From Minisyncoccota bacterium (GTDB lineage Bacteria; Patescibacteriota; Minisyncoccia; Phycocordibacterales; GWA1-40-21), in assembly GCA_036171775.1 (NCBI GenBank), contig JAVHRR010000003.1, positions 1 to 57,064 on the forward strand: a DNA stretch of 57,064 bases, given 5' to 3'. Shown in pieces: positions 7,084-15,270 of this stretch (position 1 is the first letter of the stretch; every line of letters starts with the position of its first letter). The translations under genes and the position numbers were made by a program. The notes beneath the pieces are model-generated. The model was not told the DNA's origin, made no database searches, and saw only the letters and a list, made by a program, of their open reading frames with translations.

Positions 7084-8295
7084 TTATTTTACTAATGCTT
7101 CTCCTATTGCTATCCACTCTCCTGTGGCAACACTTCTGATATATTCTGAAGCATTGATCTGTTTGTTTCTTGCAAGTTTCACTATTTTTATTGAAGCATC
7201 AGACGAAAGTAAAACTTTGTTCATTCTTGCATACTCCTCAACTTTGTTTATATCTGAACTGTCTGAAGTAATGTTGTTTAACAAATTTTCAGATACTGAC
7301 TTTTCTGTTTGAATTGCTTTGTTTGCGTCAACACAAACTTCTTTTAACACCATTTGTGATTGAATTTTTCTTTTCAAAACAATGTATGAGATTATCGCAC
7401 TCCAAGAAACAAGCATTGAAATAAATATTATTATTCCGTAATAATCATCAAAACCAGTGCTTGGAATATCACTCAAATAAATTGAGTCTAAGCTTGGACT
7501 TGTGTCTGTGTAAGCCAAAACTTGGTTTGATACTAAGGTTGGTTGTGCGTATGTATATGTTGGTTGCACATCATTAACGGGTTGGTTGTAATAGTAATAG
7601 TTTACTGGCTCAACATAACTTGGAGTAGGGTTCGATTGATAATAATAAGGTTGTGAATTGGTATAGTTTGTACCCGCTACATAATTACTTGCTGGTGCTA
7701 CATAAGCGCTTGGTCTGTAATATGCTGAAGAATAATTATAATTTGGTTGGTAATAAGAACCAGAAGATTGATAGTGACTTCCTTGAGATGGTGCGTAACT
7801 ATTTTGATATGTATAATTTGAACCGTAATTTAAACCTCTGTCATAAACAAAACTGTTGCTCAAACCTGAATCATACACAACTCCATTGTTCATACCTGAA
7901 TCATAAACAAATCCATTACTCATACCAGAATCAAACGCAAAACCGTTACTCAAACCTGGATCAAATGTTGTGTTGTTGCTCATTCCTGAATCATACACAA
8001 AACCATTACCCATTCCTGTATCAAATGTTGCTGAGCCACCCATACCAAAATCATATACTGTTTGGTCACTTAAACCAGAATCATACACTGGATAAGTTAA
8101 ACCCTGGTCAAATACAACGTTGTCATATAAACCTGAATCAAACTGAGCTGATGCAATCATTGGCACTGACAAAACAAGGGTTGCCATGAACAAAACAGCT
8201 AGTTTTGTTGGTGTGTATTTAATTGTATTTATAATGTTTTCCATAAATTTTGATTTTGTTTTATTGACCATAAAATACTGATAATACGTGGTCAT
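7084..8295 (-). CDS. secreted/anchored repeat protein (11 x [FY]DxG[LM] decapeptides, a Y/N/Q/S-rich tract, a TM and a C-terminal domain)
   Basis: A signal-like segment (LAVLFMATLVLSVPMIASA) is followed by tandem 10-aa repeats, a low-complexity region, a TM (IIIFISMLVSWSAIISYIVL) and a tail of about 85 aa. The true start may be an internal Met (8271 or 8244). Confidence 0.65.
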   Translation of the reverse strand: MTTYYQYFMVNKTKSKFMENIINTIKYTPTKLAVLFMATLVLSVPMIASAQFDSGLYDNVVFDQGLTYPVYDSGLSDQTVYDFGMGGSATFDTGMGNGFVYDSGMSNNTTFDPGLSNGFAFDSGMSNGFVYDSGMNNGVVYDSGLSNSFVYDRGLNYGSNYTYQNSYAPSQGSHYQSSGSYYQPNYNYSSAYYRPSAYVAPASNYVAGTNYTNSQPYYYQSNPTPSYVEPVNYYYYNQPVNDVQPTYTYAQPTLVSNQVLAYTDTSPSLDSIYLSDIPSTGFDDYYGIIIFISMLVSWSAIISYIVLKRKIQSQMVLKEVCVDANKAIQTEKSVSENLLNNITSDSSDINKVEEYARMNKVLLSSDASIKIVKLARNKQINASEYIRSVATGEWIAIGEALVK

Positions 8296-8394
8296 TTGTT
8301 ACTAGAGTATATTATATGCCATTATATAAAGAAAGTCAAGGGCTTTTAACAAGAACAAATAGTCAGTAAAACCTTGCAATTTATGGTTATTCTA

Positions 8395-8532
8395 TTCATC
8401 CGGTAGTGAAAAATGACATCGCTCTTCCGAGCTGGATATTTAAACTATGAAATATATTGTAAATAAGATCATTTTTAATAATTAATATGATCGATAAATT
8501 TGCTTAATGTTATTTTCTACTACGGGATTCAT
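8395..8532. mobile_element. ORF-less GTAG-core inverted-repeat unit
   Basis: Termini are ttcatccggtagtgaaaaatgacat (left) and tattttctactacgggattcat (right). Confidence 0.65.
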
Positions 8533-8675
8533 CGGGTAGTGAAATTTCAAGTTGTTTTTATGTTGACCATAGTACAACTTTGAAAATGTCGACCTGTGTT
8601 ACAAAAACGTCTTTGGTTACATCTACATTTTTTTAAAAACAAGTCAATGACTTGAAATTCTACTACCCGATTCAT
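8529..8675. mobile_element. ORF-less GTAG-core inverted-repeat unit, tandem to the previous one
   Basis: Termini are tcatcgggtagtgaaatttcaa (left) and ttgaaattctactacccgattcat (right). It shares the tetranucleotide tcat with the preceding unit. Confidence 0.65.
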
Positions 8676-8819
8676 TTATAGAAATTATAATGTTACAATA
8701 TTGCCATACTTGTCCCGTTGTAAATCACGAGATGACTACAGAAAAACAGAAAGTGTTAAATTATCAATAAAAACAAAAGTCGAAATAAACTTTAGAAGCA
8801 TATAAATTTTACAACTGGG

Positions 8820-10496
8820 ATGGTAGATTTTGATGAAATAAAACAAAACAAACGCCTAGAGGAAATGCGTAAAAATGAAGAAGAAGACGTCTCTAAAATT
8901 TTGGCAGCAAAATACGGTTATGAATATTTAGACCTTGGTGTCGTTCCAATCAACAGTGATGCTATAAGAATAGTGAACGAAGAAGATGCTAAGGCTTCAA
9001 ACGTAGCTGTATTCGGGATCGTTGGTAAAAAATTACAGGTGGCTATTATTTCCCCAAATGATGAAAAAACTATTGCTGTTATAAACAAACTTTCAACTGA
9101 AGGGTTCTTCCCTTCTGTTTATATGGTTTCAAAAAGAAGCTTGGAAAAAGCATGGAACAGATATAAAGATTTGTCTTACTCTTCAGAGAGCACAGCAGGT
9201 ACTTTTGATATCGCCGGAGAACAGATCCTCGTTATGATGGGCAAAGTTAAACACATAGCTGACGTGGAAAAACTCATTGTCGATCTTTTGGGTGTAAAAC
9301 AAACCTACAGAATTTCAAAAATAATGGAAATCATGCTTGCTGGTGCGTTGGCACTTGGTGCTTCTGACGTGCACATTGAGCCTGAAGAAACTGAAGTAAG
9401 AATGAGATTTAGAATTGACGGCGTTCTTCTTGATGTATTTAGATTTGATAAACCAACTTACACACTACTACTTTCAAGAATCAAACTCCTTTCTGGATTA
9501 AAATTAAATGTTAAGGATGAAGCTCAAGACGGACGTTTTAGTATTAAAATCAAAGACAACAATATAGAAATAAGAACTTCCCTTCTTCCGGGGGCATATA
9601 ACGAATCGATTGTTATGAGACTTTTGAATCCAAAATCAATTGCTGTTTCATTGGAAGAGCTTGGTATCGAAAAAAGAACTCTTGATGTTCTTCTAGAACA
9701 AATCAACAAACCAAATGGAATGCTTCTCATTACTGGACCAACTGGTAGCGGTAAGACGACGACACTTTATGCTTTTATTAAAAAAATATATGCTCCTGAT
9801 GTAAAAATTCTTACCATTGAGGATCCTATCGAATATCACTTGGACGGTATTGTTCAAACACAAGTTGAAGATGAGAAAGGTTACACTTTTCTTGCTGGAC
9901 TTCGCGCCGCAATGAGACAAGACCCTGATGTAATCATGGTGGGAGAAATTCGAGATGCCGAGACTGCGGGCACGGCCATTCAAGCTGCGCTCACTGGTCA
10001 CTTGGTTTTTTCAACACTTCACACCAACTCAGCCGCAGGTGCATATCCTAGACTTATAGATTTGAAAGTAAATCCAAAAACAATTCCTTCAGCCTTAAAT
10101 GCTGCTATGGCACAAAGGCTTCTTAGAAAACTTTGTCCTTTTTGTAAAAAAGAAAATGATCCTAGTGAAAAAGAGAAACTAATTATTAAAAATACTTTAG
10201 AGAGTATTCACGACAAATCTTATCTAGAAGGAATACAGACAACAAAAGTTTTTGCCGCTGTAGGTTGTGACAAGTGTAATGGTACAGGTTATAAAGGTAG
10301 AATTGCCATTGTTGAAGCGATACTTTCTACAAAAGAAATGGAAAAAGTTATAGAGACCAACTCGAGTGAAAGAGAAATAAAGAAAGCTGCTGAGTCACAA
10401 AACCTTCTTGATATGAAGCAAGACGGAATACTAAAAATATTAAAAGGAATAAGCTCTATTGATGAGCTTTCTCGTGTAATAGACCTAGACCAGTAG
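8820..10496 (+). CDS. pilB: type IV pilus / type II secretion assembly ATPase (GspE/PilB family)
   Basis: Walker A GPTGSGKTTT, Walker B/Asp box DPDVIMVGEIRD, His box GHLVFSTLHTN and a tetracysteine motif CPFC...CDKCNGTG. Confidence 0.9.
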   Translation: MVDFDEIKQNKRLEEMRKNEEEDVSKILAAKYGYEYLDLGVVPINSDAIRIVNEEDAKASNVAVFGIVGKKLQVAIISPNDEKTIAVINKLSTEGFFPSVYMVSKRSLEKAWNRYKDLSYSSESTAGTFDIAGEQILVMMGKVKHIADVEKLIVDLLGVKQTYRISKIMEIMLAGALALGASDVHIEPEETEVRMRFRIDGVLLDVFRFDKPTYTLLLSRIKLLSGLKLNVKDEAQDGRFSIKIKDNNIEIRTSLLPGAYNESIVMRLLNPKSIAVSLEELGIEKRTLDVLLEQINKPNGMLLITGPTGSGKTTTLYAFIKKIYAPDVKILTIEDPIEYHLDGIVQTQVEDEKGYTFLAGLRAAMRQDPDVIMVGEIRDAETAGTAIQAALTGHLVFSTLHTNSAAGAYPRLIDLKVNPKTIPSALNAAMAQRLLRKLCPFCKKENDPSEKEKLIIKNTLESIHDKSYLEGIQTTKVFAAVGCDKCNGTGYKGRIAIVEAILSTKEMEKVIETNSSEREIKKAAESQNLLDMKQDGILKILKGISSIDELSRVIDLDQ

Positions 10497-11141
10497 TAAG
10501 ATATTGGATTTTGATATCGTTTTTTAAATTTTCGTCAAAACTAAAGAGTTGCTTTGATTGTAAAATAGTTCATTTAAAAAATATACTAATAACTATACAA
10601 ACAAAAACAAAGTGCATCGCACATATCGGTCGCTTGAGCGACGCGACTTCACGAAGTCGATATCAAAATTCACTATCCTACTTGAACAACAAAATTAATT
10701 GTGTTTTAAAAATATTTTGAGCTTGCCCGGACACCTATTTTAAAAAATAATTTACGTTTATTAAAAAACGATTTCTCTTTGTGTATTTTTATTTGCCAAA
10801 TACAATAAAGTGATGTGGAAATAGGTGTGGGGGCTTGCAAAAGTCTTAAACAATAATAAGATACAGGACAAGAGGTGGTTTGAATACTATTCAACCAATG
10901 TTCAAAACATAAATCTCTAAACAATACTTTAAACCTGGCGGTAAAAAGTTAAATTAGTTTTTAAGGATAACTTCAGCGTTATTCCCGAAGAAATAAACCA
11001 AAATGTCCTTGAAAAAGAACCCGTATGATCTTGCGAACACAATTGTTTAGAGATTTATATTCAGAACTTCAAACAAATAAAAATGGGGAATAAAAAACGC
11101 CCCACATAGGCTCTGCAAAGAGTATATCATGGAATAACATT

Positions 11142-12182
11142 ATGTCAAGCAAAATTGATAAAAAAATTTCTAATTCTGAAAATACCAATGCAGATAGCGC
11201 TGTAAACACTGATGAGAAATTTTTAGACCAAACTTTACGACCCAACTCATGGGCAGAATACATCGGTCAGAAAAATATCAAAGACAATCTTAAAATTTTA
11301 CTTAAAGCTGCAGAACAAAGAAAACATCCTCCCGAACACTTACTTTTTTACGGTCCCCCAGGACTTGGAAAGACCACTTTAGCAAACCTTATTGCAAAAG
11401 AAACTCGTACTCAACTCAAATCAACTTCAGGACCCGCTATAGAAAAAGTTGGAGACCTTGCTTCAATACTCACAAACCTTTCACCAGGCGATATTCTTTT
11501 TATTGATGAGATTCACAGATTAAACAAAACTATTGAAGAAGTCCTCTACCCGGCGATGGAATCTGGCTCATTGGATATTATTATTGGCAAAGGTCCAAGT
11601 GCAAGAACAATACAACTCGACCTTCCACCATTTACTTTGATTGCGGCCACTACTAGAATAGCAATGTTGTCTGCTCCACTTCGTTCTAGATTTTCTGGAG
11701 GTGTGTTTAAGTTAGAATTTTACTCAGATGAAGAAATAGAAAAAATAATTGAACGTTCTGCCAAGATACTTGGAGTAGAAATAGAGTCAGCGGCTAAGTC
11801 TGAGATAGCTAAGAGAAGTAGAAGCACCCCAAGAACAGCAAACTATCTACTTAAAAGAGGACGTGACTTGGCCCAGGTTAGTGAAAAGAACTTAACGAAC
11901 GACATAGTAAAAGAAGCTCTAGGAATGCTAAATATCGATGAATTAGGTCTTAATTCTGAAGATAGGGCGATGCTTACAATAATAGAAGATAAGTTTAATG
12001 GCGGGCCTGTAGGACTTAATACTCTCGCAGCAGCGCTTTCAGAAGAACAGGCTACGATAGAAGATGTTTACGAACCCTATCTTCTAAAACTTGGTCTTAT
12101 AGAAAGAACGCCGAGAGGAAGAACGATAACGGATCGAGCAAGAAAGCATTTAGGAAGAAAAATAAAAAGTTTAGATTTATAA
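11142..12182 (+). CDS. ruvB: Holliday junction branch migration helicase RuvB
   Basis: LRPNSWAEYIGQ, Walker A GPPGLGKTT, Walker B ILFIDEIHRL and a C-terminal winged-helix region. Confidence 0.95.
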   Translation: MSSKIDKKISNSENTNADSAVNTDEKFLDQTLRPNSWAEYIGQKNIKDNLKILLKAAEQRKHPPEHLLFYGPPGLGKTTLANLIAKETRTQLKSTSGPAIEKVGDLASILTNLSPGDILFIDEIHRLNKTIEEVLYPAMESGSLDIIIGKGPSARTIQLDLPPFTLIAATTRIAMLSAPLRSRFSGGVFKLEFYSDEEIEKIIERSAKILGVEIESAAKSEIAKRSRSTPRTANYLLKRGRDLAQVSEKNLTNDIVKEALGMLNIDELGLNSEDRAMLTIIEDKFNGGPVGLNTLAAALSEEQATIEDVYEPYLLKLGLIERTPRGRTITDRARKHLGRKIKSLDL

Positions 12183-12197
12183 TAATAATTTAAAAAT

Positions 12198-12728
12198 ATG
12201 AGCGGACATAATAAATTTTCAAAAATAAAAAGATTAAAGGCAAAAACAGACGCACAAAAAAGTTCTGTGTTTACCAAGATGGCAAAAATGCTTCAAATGG
12301 AAGCGAAGAAGGCCAATGGTAATGTTACATCACCTGGTTTAAAATCTGCAATAGAAAAAGCAAAGTCAGTTGATATGCCGTTTGATAATATTGAAAGAGC
12401 TATCAAAAAAGCTGTAGGTGCTGGGGCAGAAGAAATGGAGGAGGTTACTTATGAAGCATACGGTCCTGGAGGAATTGCTATTATTATTGAAGGCCTTACG
12501 TCAAACAAAAACAGAGCTGCTGCAGAAATAAAACATATCTTATCTTTAAATAACACTTCCCTTGCAAGCTCTGGTAGTGCTAGTTGGGCGTTTGAAAGAA
12601 CAGTTGAAGGTTGGGTCCCAAAAACAACAATGCCTGTATCTGAGGAAGACACTCCTGGTTTAGAAAAACTTATTGAGGATTTAGAAAACAATGATGATGT
12701 TCAGGAAGTTTATACGAATGCGGAATAA
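12198..12728 (+). CDS. yebC: YebC/PmpR family protein, shortened
   Basis: MSGHNKFSKIKRLK, YEAYGPGGIAIIIE and DDVQEVYTN motifs. At 176 aa it lacks about 70 central residues relative to E. coli YebC. Confidence 0.8.
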   Translation: MSGHNKFSKIKRLKAKTDAQKSSVFTKMAKMLQMEAKKANGNVTSPGLKSAIEKAKSVDMPFDNIERAIKKAVGAGAEEMEEVTYEAYGPGGIAIIIEGLTSNKNRAAAEIKHILSLNNTSLASSGSASWAFERTVEGWVPKTTMPVSEEDTPGLEKLIEDLENNDDVQEVYTNAE

Positions 12729-12751
12729 ATAAATATAATATTTAAATACAA

Positions 12752-12790
12752 ACACAAGAGGAGTTTCGCTTTGCGAAACTCCTCTTGTGT
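12752..12790 (+). terminator. terminator after yebC
   Basis: Hairpin acacaagaggagtttcgc / gcgaaactcctcttgtgt followed by a T-run. Confidence 0.7.
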
Positions 12791-13047
12791 TTTCTTCTTA
12801 TACTTATACTGGTTGCTTGTGCTTGATATGTAGTATAAAAATTTATATAAGTATAAGGTGTAAAAAAAATACAATACAACCTGGATCCCCGCAGTGCGAG
12901 GATGCTCAAAATTTATAGTCGGCTTCGCTCTTTAAATTTTGGCACTTATCCACAGTTTTATACATTTGCTTTTTTCTGTAAATTTTGGAAAATGTATCTA
13001 TTAGTTCAAAATAGTTAGTATATTAAAAATAATCATTAAAAATTGTA

Positions 13048-13299
13048 ATGCCAAAGATTAAAAAAACAAAAAAAATAGCCACTTCAAAAGTAAAACCCGC
13101 AAAAGAAGTTGAGGAGGTGAAAAAAGTTGTTGGAGAAGAAGAACCTGAAAAAGAAGGTGGTACTTTGTCTGATGGTGTACTTGATGCTTTTGATGAACTT
13201 GCTCCTGTCGATGTTTTGTTGGAAGAGGAAGTGGTTATTGCCGAAGAAGATGATGACGAAATAGACTCAGGGGACTATAAACCTTTGGATGAGTGGTAG
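13048..13299 (+). CDS. small protein with a basic N-terminus and a strongly acidic C-terminus, hypothetical
   Basis: 83 aa, starting MPKIKKTKKIATSKVKPAK and ending EEDDDEIDSGDYKPLDEW. No family recognised. Confidence 0.45.
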   Translation: MPKIKKTKKIATSKVKPAKEVEEVKKVVGEEEPEKEGGTLSDGVLDAFDELAPVDVLLEEEVVIAEEDDDEIDSGDYKPLDEW

Positions 13300-13306
13300 G
13301 ACAATT

Positions 13307-13424
13307 AGTCGAAAGTTAAAAGTCTATAAAGTTTAAAGTATATATCAATACAAAAGACGAGTTCGCTTCGCGAACTCGTCTTTTGACTTTATGGACTTTA
13401 CAGACTTTAGACTTTGAACTTTTG
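13307..13424. repeat. family C palindrome (AAAGTC / GACTTTA words) enclosing a bidirectional terminator
   Basis: The arms agtcgaaagttaaaagtctataaagtttaaagt and gactttatggactttacagactttagactttgaactttt flank the hairpin aaaagacgagttcgc / gcgaactcgtctttt (13352-13384). The right arm encodes the last residues of RuvC. Confidence 0.7.
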
Positions 13425-13907
13425 CGTAGCAAAAAATGTCAGTCCTACGGCTATCGCATCGTATTCATCATCATATTTATTCTTGTTTACTTGTCCCGAA
13501 CTGTGTTGAGGGATTTCTATAAGTTTTTTAACCATAAACACGACTTGTTCTTTATCACTATTTCCATATCCTGTAACTGCTATTTTTATAGCCATTGGAG
13601 AAAACTCTTTTACTTCCAATCCAGCCACTGATGCAACAAATAACATCACTCCCCTAGCTTCTGAAACCTTCATTGCTGTTTTTTGATTGTTCTTAAAAAA
13701 GAGGGTTTCTATAGTCATACATTCTGGTTTATATTTTTTTATCAGATTTTCTATTTCTTCCCCGATGAGTTTGAGTCTTTCTTCGTGAGGTATTTTGGTT
13801 GAAGTTTTAAAACACTCTGAAAAAAGTAAGGTTTCTTTTCCTTTTATTTTTTCTATTACAGCCACCCCCATTCTTTCATATCCAGGATCGATTGCTATTA
13901 CTTTCAT
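13407..13907 (-). CDS. ruvC: crossover junction endodeoxyribonuclease RuvC
   Basis: MKVIAIDPGYERMGVAV, with the size and acidic catalytic pattern of RuvC. Confidence 0.9.
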   Translation of the reverse strand: MKVIAIDPGYERMGVAVIEKIKGKETLLFSECFKTSTKIPHEERLKLIGEEIENLIKKYKPECMTIETLFFKNNQKTAMKVSEARGVMLFVASVAGLEVKEFSPMAIKIAVTGYGNSDKEQVVFMVKKLIEIPQHSSGQVNKNKYDDEYDAIAVGLTFFATQKFKV

Positions 13908-13920
13908 AACATAATTTTAA

Positions 13921-13960
13921 CACAAAAGCGGGTTTTGCTCTGCAAAAACCCGCTTTTGTG
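13921..13960 (-). terminator. terminator (second of two) between tyrS and ruvC
   Basis: Hairpin cacaaaagcgggttttgc / gcaaaaacccgcttttgtg. Confidence 0.6.
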
Positions 13961-13981
13961 ATGTTTGATTTACTGTATATT

Positions 13982-14008
13982 AAAAACGGAGGGTTCCCCT
14001 CCGTTTTT
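13982..14008 (-). terminator. terminator directly after tyrS
   Basis: Hairpin aaaaacggaggg / ccctccgttttt, overlapping the tyrS stop codon. Confidence 0.6.
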
Positions 14009-15209
14009 ATAGGCTTATCTTTACAAACCTCTTTTTACCAACTTTAAGTGTTACTCCATCGTGAATTTTAAAATTTACATTTGTTATTTTGTCTCCTGAA
14101 ACTGCGTTACTTACTGCGCCTTCTGTTATAAGTCTTCTAAAATCACTTTTTGAAGAAACTATTTTGTTTTCTACAAGAAGCTCTGCTAAAGATTTACCAT
14201 TTTCTGTTTTTATTTCTTCTAAGTCTTCGGGCAACCCTCCTTTTTGAAAGGTTTTTATGAAGTTTTTCTCTGCACTCTCTGCTTTCTTTTTATCATGATA
14301 TACCGCCACAATCTCTTTTGCTAAAATAATTTTTATGTCTCTTGGGTTTACACCGCTCTCTAAATCTTTTTTATATTTTTCTATTTCTTCAACTGGAACA
14401 TTTGTGCATATATCAAAAGCTGGCAAAATCATGCCATCAGTCCAGCTCATAACTTTTCCAAACATTTCAAACTCATTATCAAGCAAGGAAATCGCATTGT
14501 TGTCTGTTTTTCCCATTTTCTTTCCTGAAGAATCTTCAAGGAGTTTCATTGTAATAACAAACTTTTCTTTATTTGACACTTCTTTCATTAAATTTCTTCC
14601 TGTGAGCATATTGAATGTTTGGTCGTTTCCTCCTATTTCTCCATCCACATTCATGGCAATTGAGTCATACCCTTGCATTAATGGATATAAAAACTCATGT
14701 ATATGTATTGGTTTGTTTTCTTTTAGTCTTTTTTGAAACATGTCTCTTTCAAGCATTTGTTGAACAGTCATTTTTGAAGCGAGAGAAACAACATCGCTAA
14801 ATTTCATTTTATCTAACCATTTTGAATTGTATTTCAATTTTGCACCCAAAAAACCAAAGTTTAGAAATTTTGATGCTTGTTTTTTATATACTTTACAATT
14901 ATTTAACACTTCCTTTCTTGTAAGTTGTTTTCTTGCAGCAGATTTGTCTGATGGATCTCCTATCATCGCAGTAAAGTCCCCTATCAAAAGAACGACTTCG
15001 TGACCGAGCTTTTGAAATTCACTTAGTTTTCTGATTGGTACAGCATGCCCCATGTGTAAGGTTGGACCTGTTGGGTCTACACCAAGATACATTTTAAGCT
15101 TTTTCCCGCTAAGTAATTGTTTTTTTACAAACTCTTTGTTTGGATAAATATTTTCAACACCCCTTGTTAAAAACTCTTCTATTTTCTTTGGATCTGTATT
15201 GATTTGCAT
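14007..15209 (-). CDS. tyrS: tyrosine--tRNA ligase
   Basis: YLGVDPTGPTLHMGH (HIGH region), KMGKT (KMSKS) and a C-terminal S4-like domain. Confidence 0.9.
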   Translation of the reverse strand: MQINTDPKKIEEFLTRGVENIYPNKEFVKKQLLSGKKLKMYLGVDPTGPTLHMGHAVPIRKLSEFQKLGHEVVLLIGDFTAMIGDPSDKSAARKQLTRKEVLNNCKVYKKQASKFLNFGFLGAKLKYNSKWLDKMKFSDVVSLASKMTVQQMLERDMFQKRLKENKPIHIHEFLYPLMQGYDSIAMNVDGEIGGNDQTFNMLTGRNLMKEVSNKEKFVITMKLLEDSSGKKMGKTDNNAISLLDNEFEMFGKVMSWTDGMILPAFDICTNVPVEEIEKYKKDLESGVNPRDIKIILAKEIVAVYHDKKKAESAEKNFIKTFQKGGLPEDLEEIKTENGKSLAELLVENKIVSSKSDFRRLITEGAVSNAVSGDKITNVNFKIHDGVTLKVGKKRFVKISL

Positions 15210-15270
15210 GTATCAAATCTATCACAATAATTAGTTTTTTTCTATTGGTTTAGGTGCTATAATTTTATTT

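Noticed and set aside
7653-8189. The 178-aa plus-strand ORF opposite the decapeptide-repeat gene.
   Set aside because: It is an antisense shadow of a repetitive coding region. It has no start context, and its composition (Asn/Leu/His/Gln-rich) mirrors the repeats on the other strand.
10511-11263. The ORFs 10511-10720, 10706-10924 and 11069-11263 in the pilB-ruvB gap.
   Set aside because: The predicted products are short, mutually overlapping or overlapping ruvB, and implausible. The region is better treated as non-coding.
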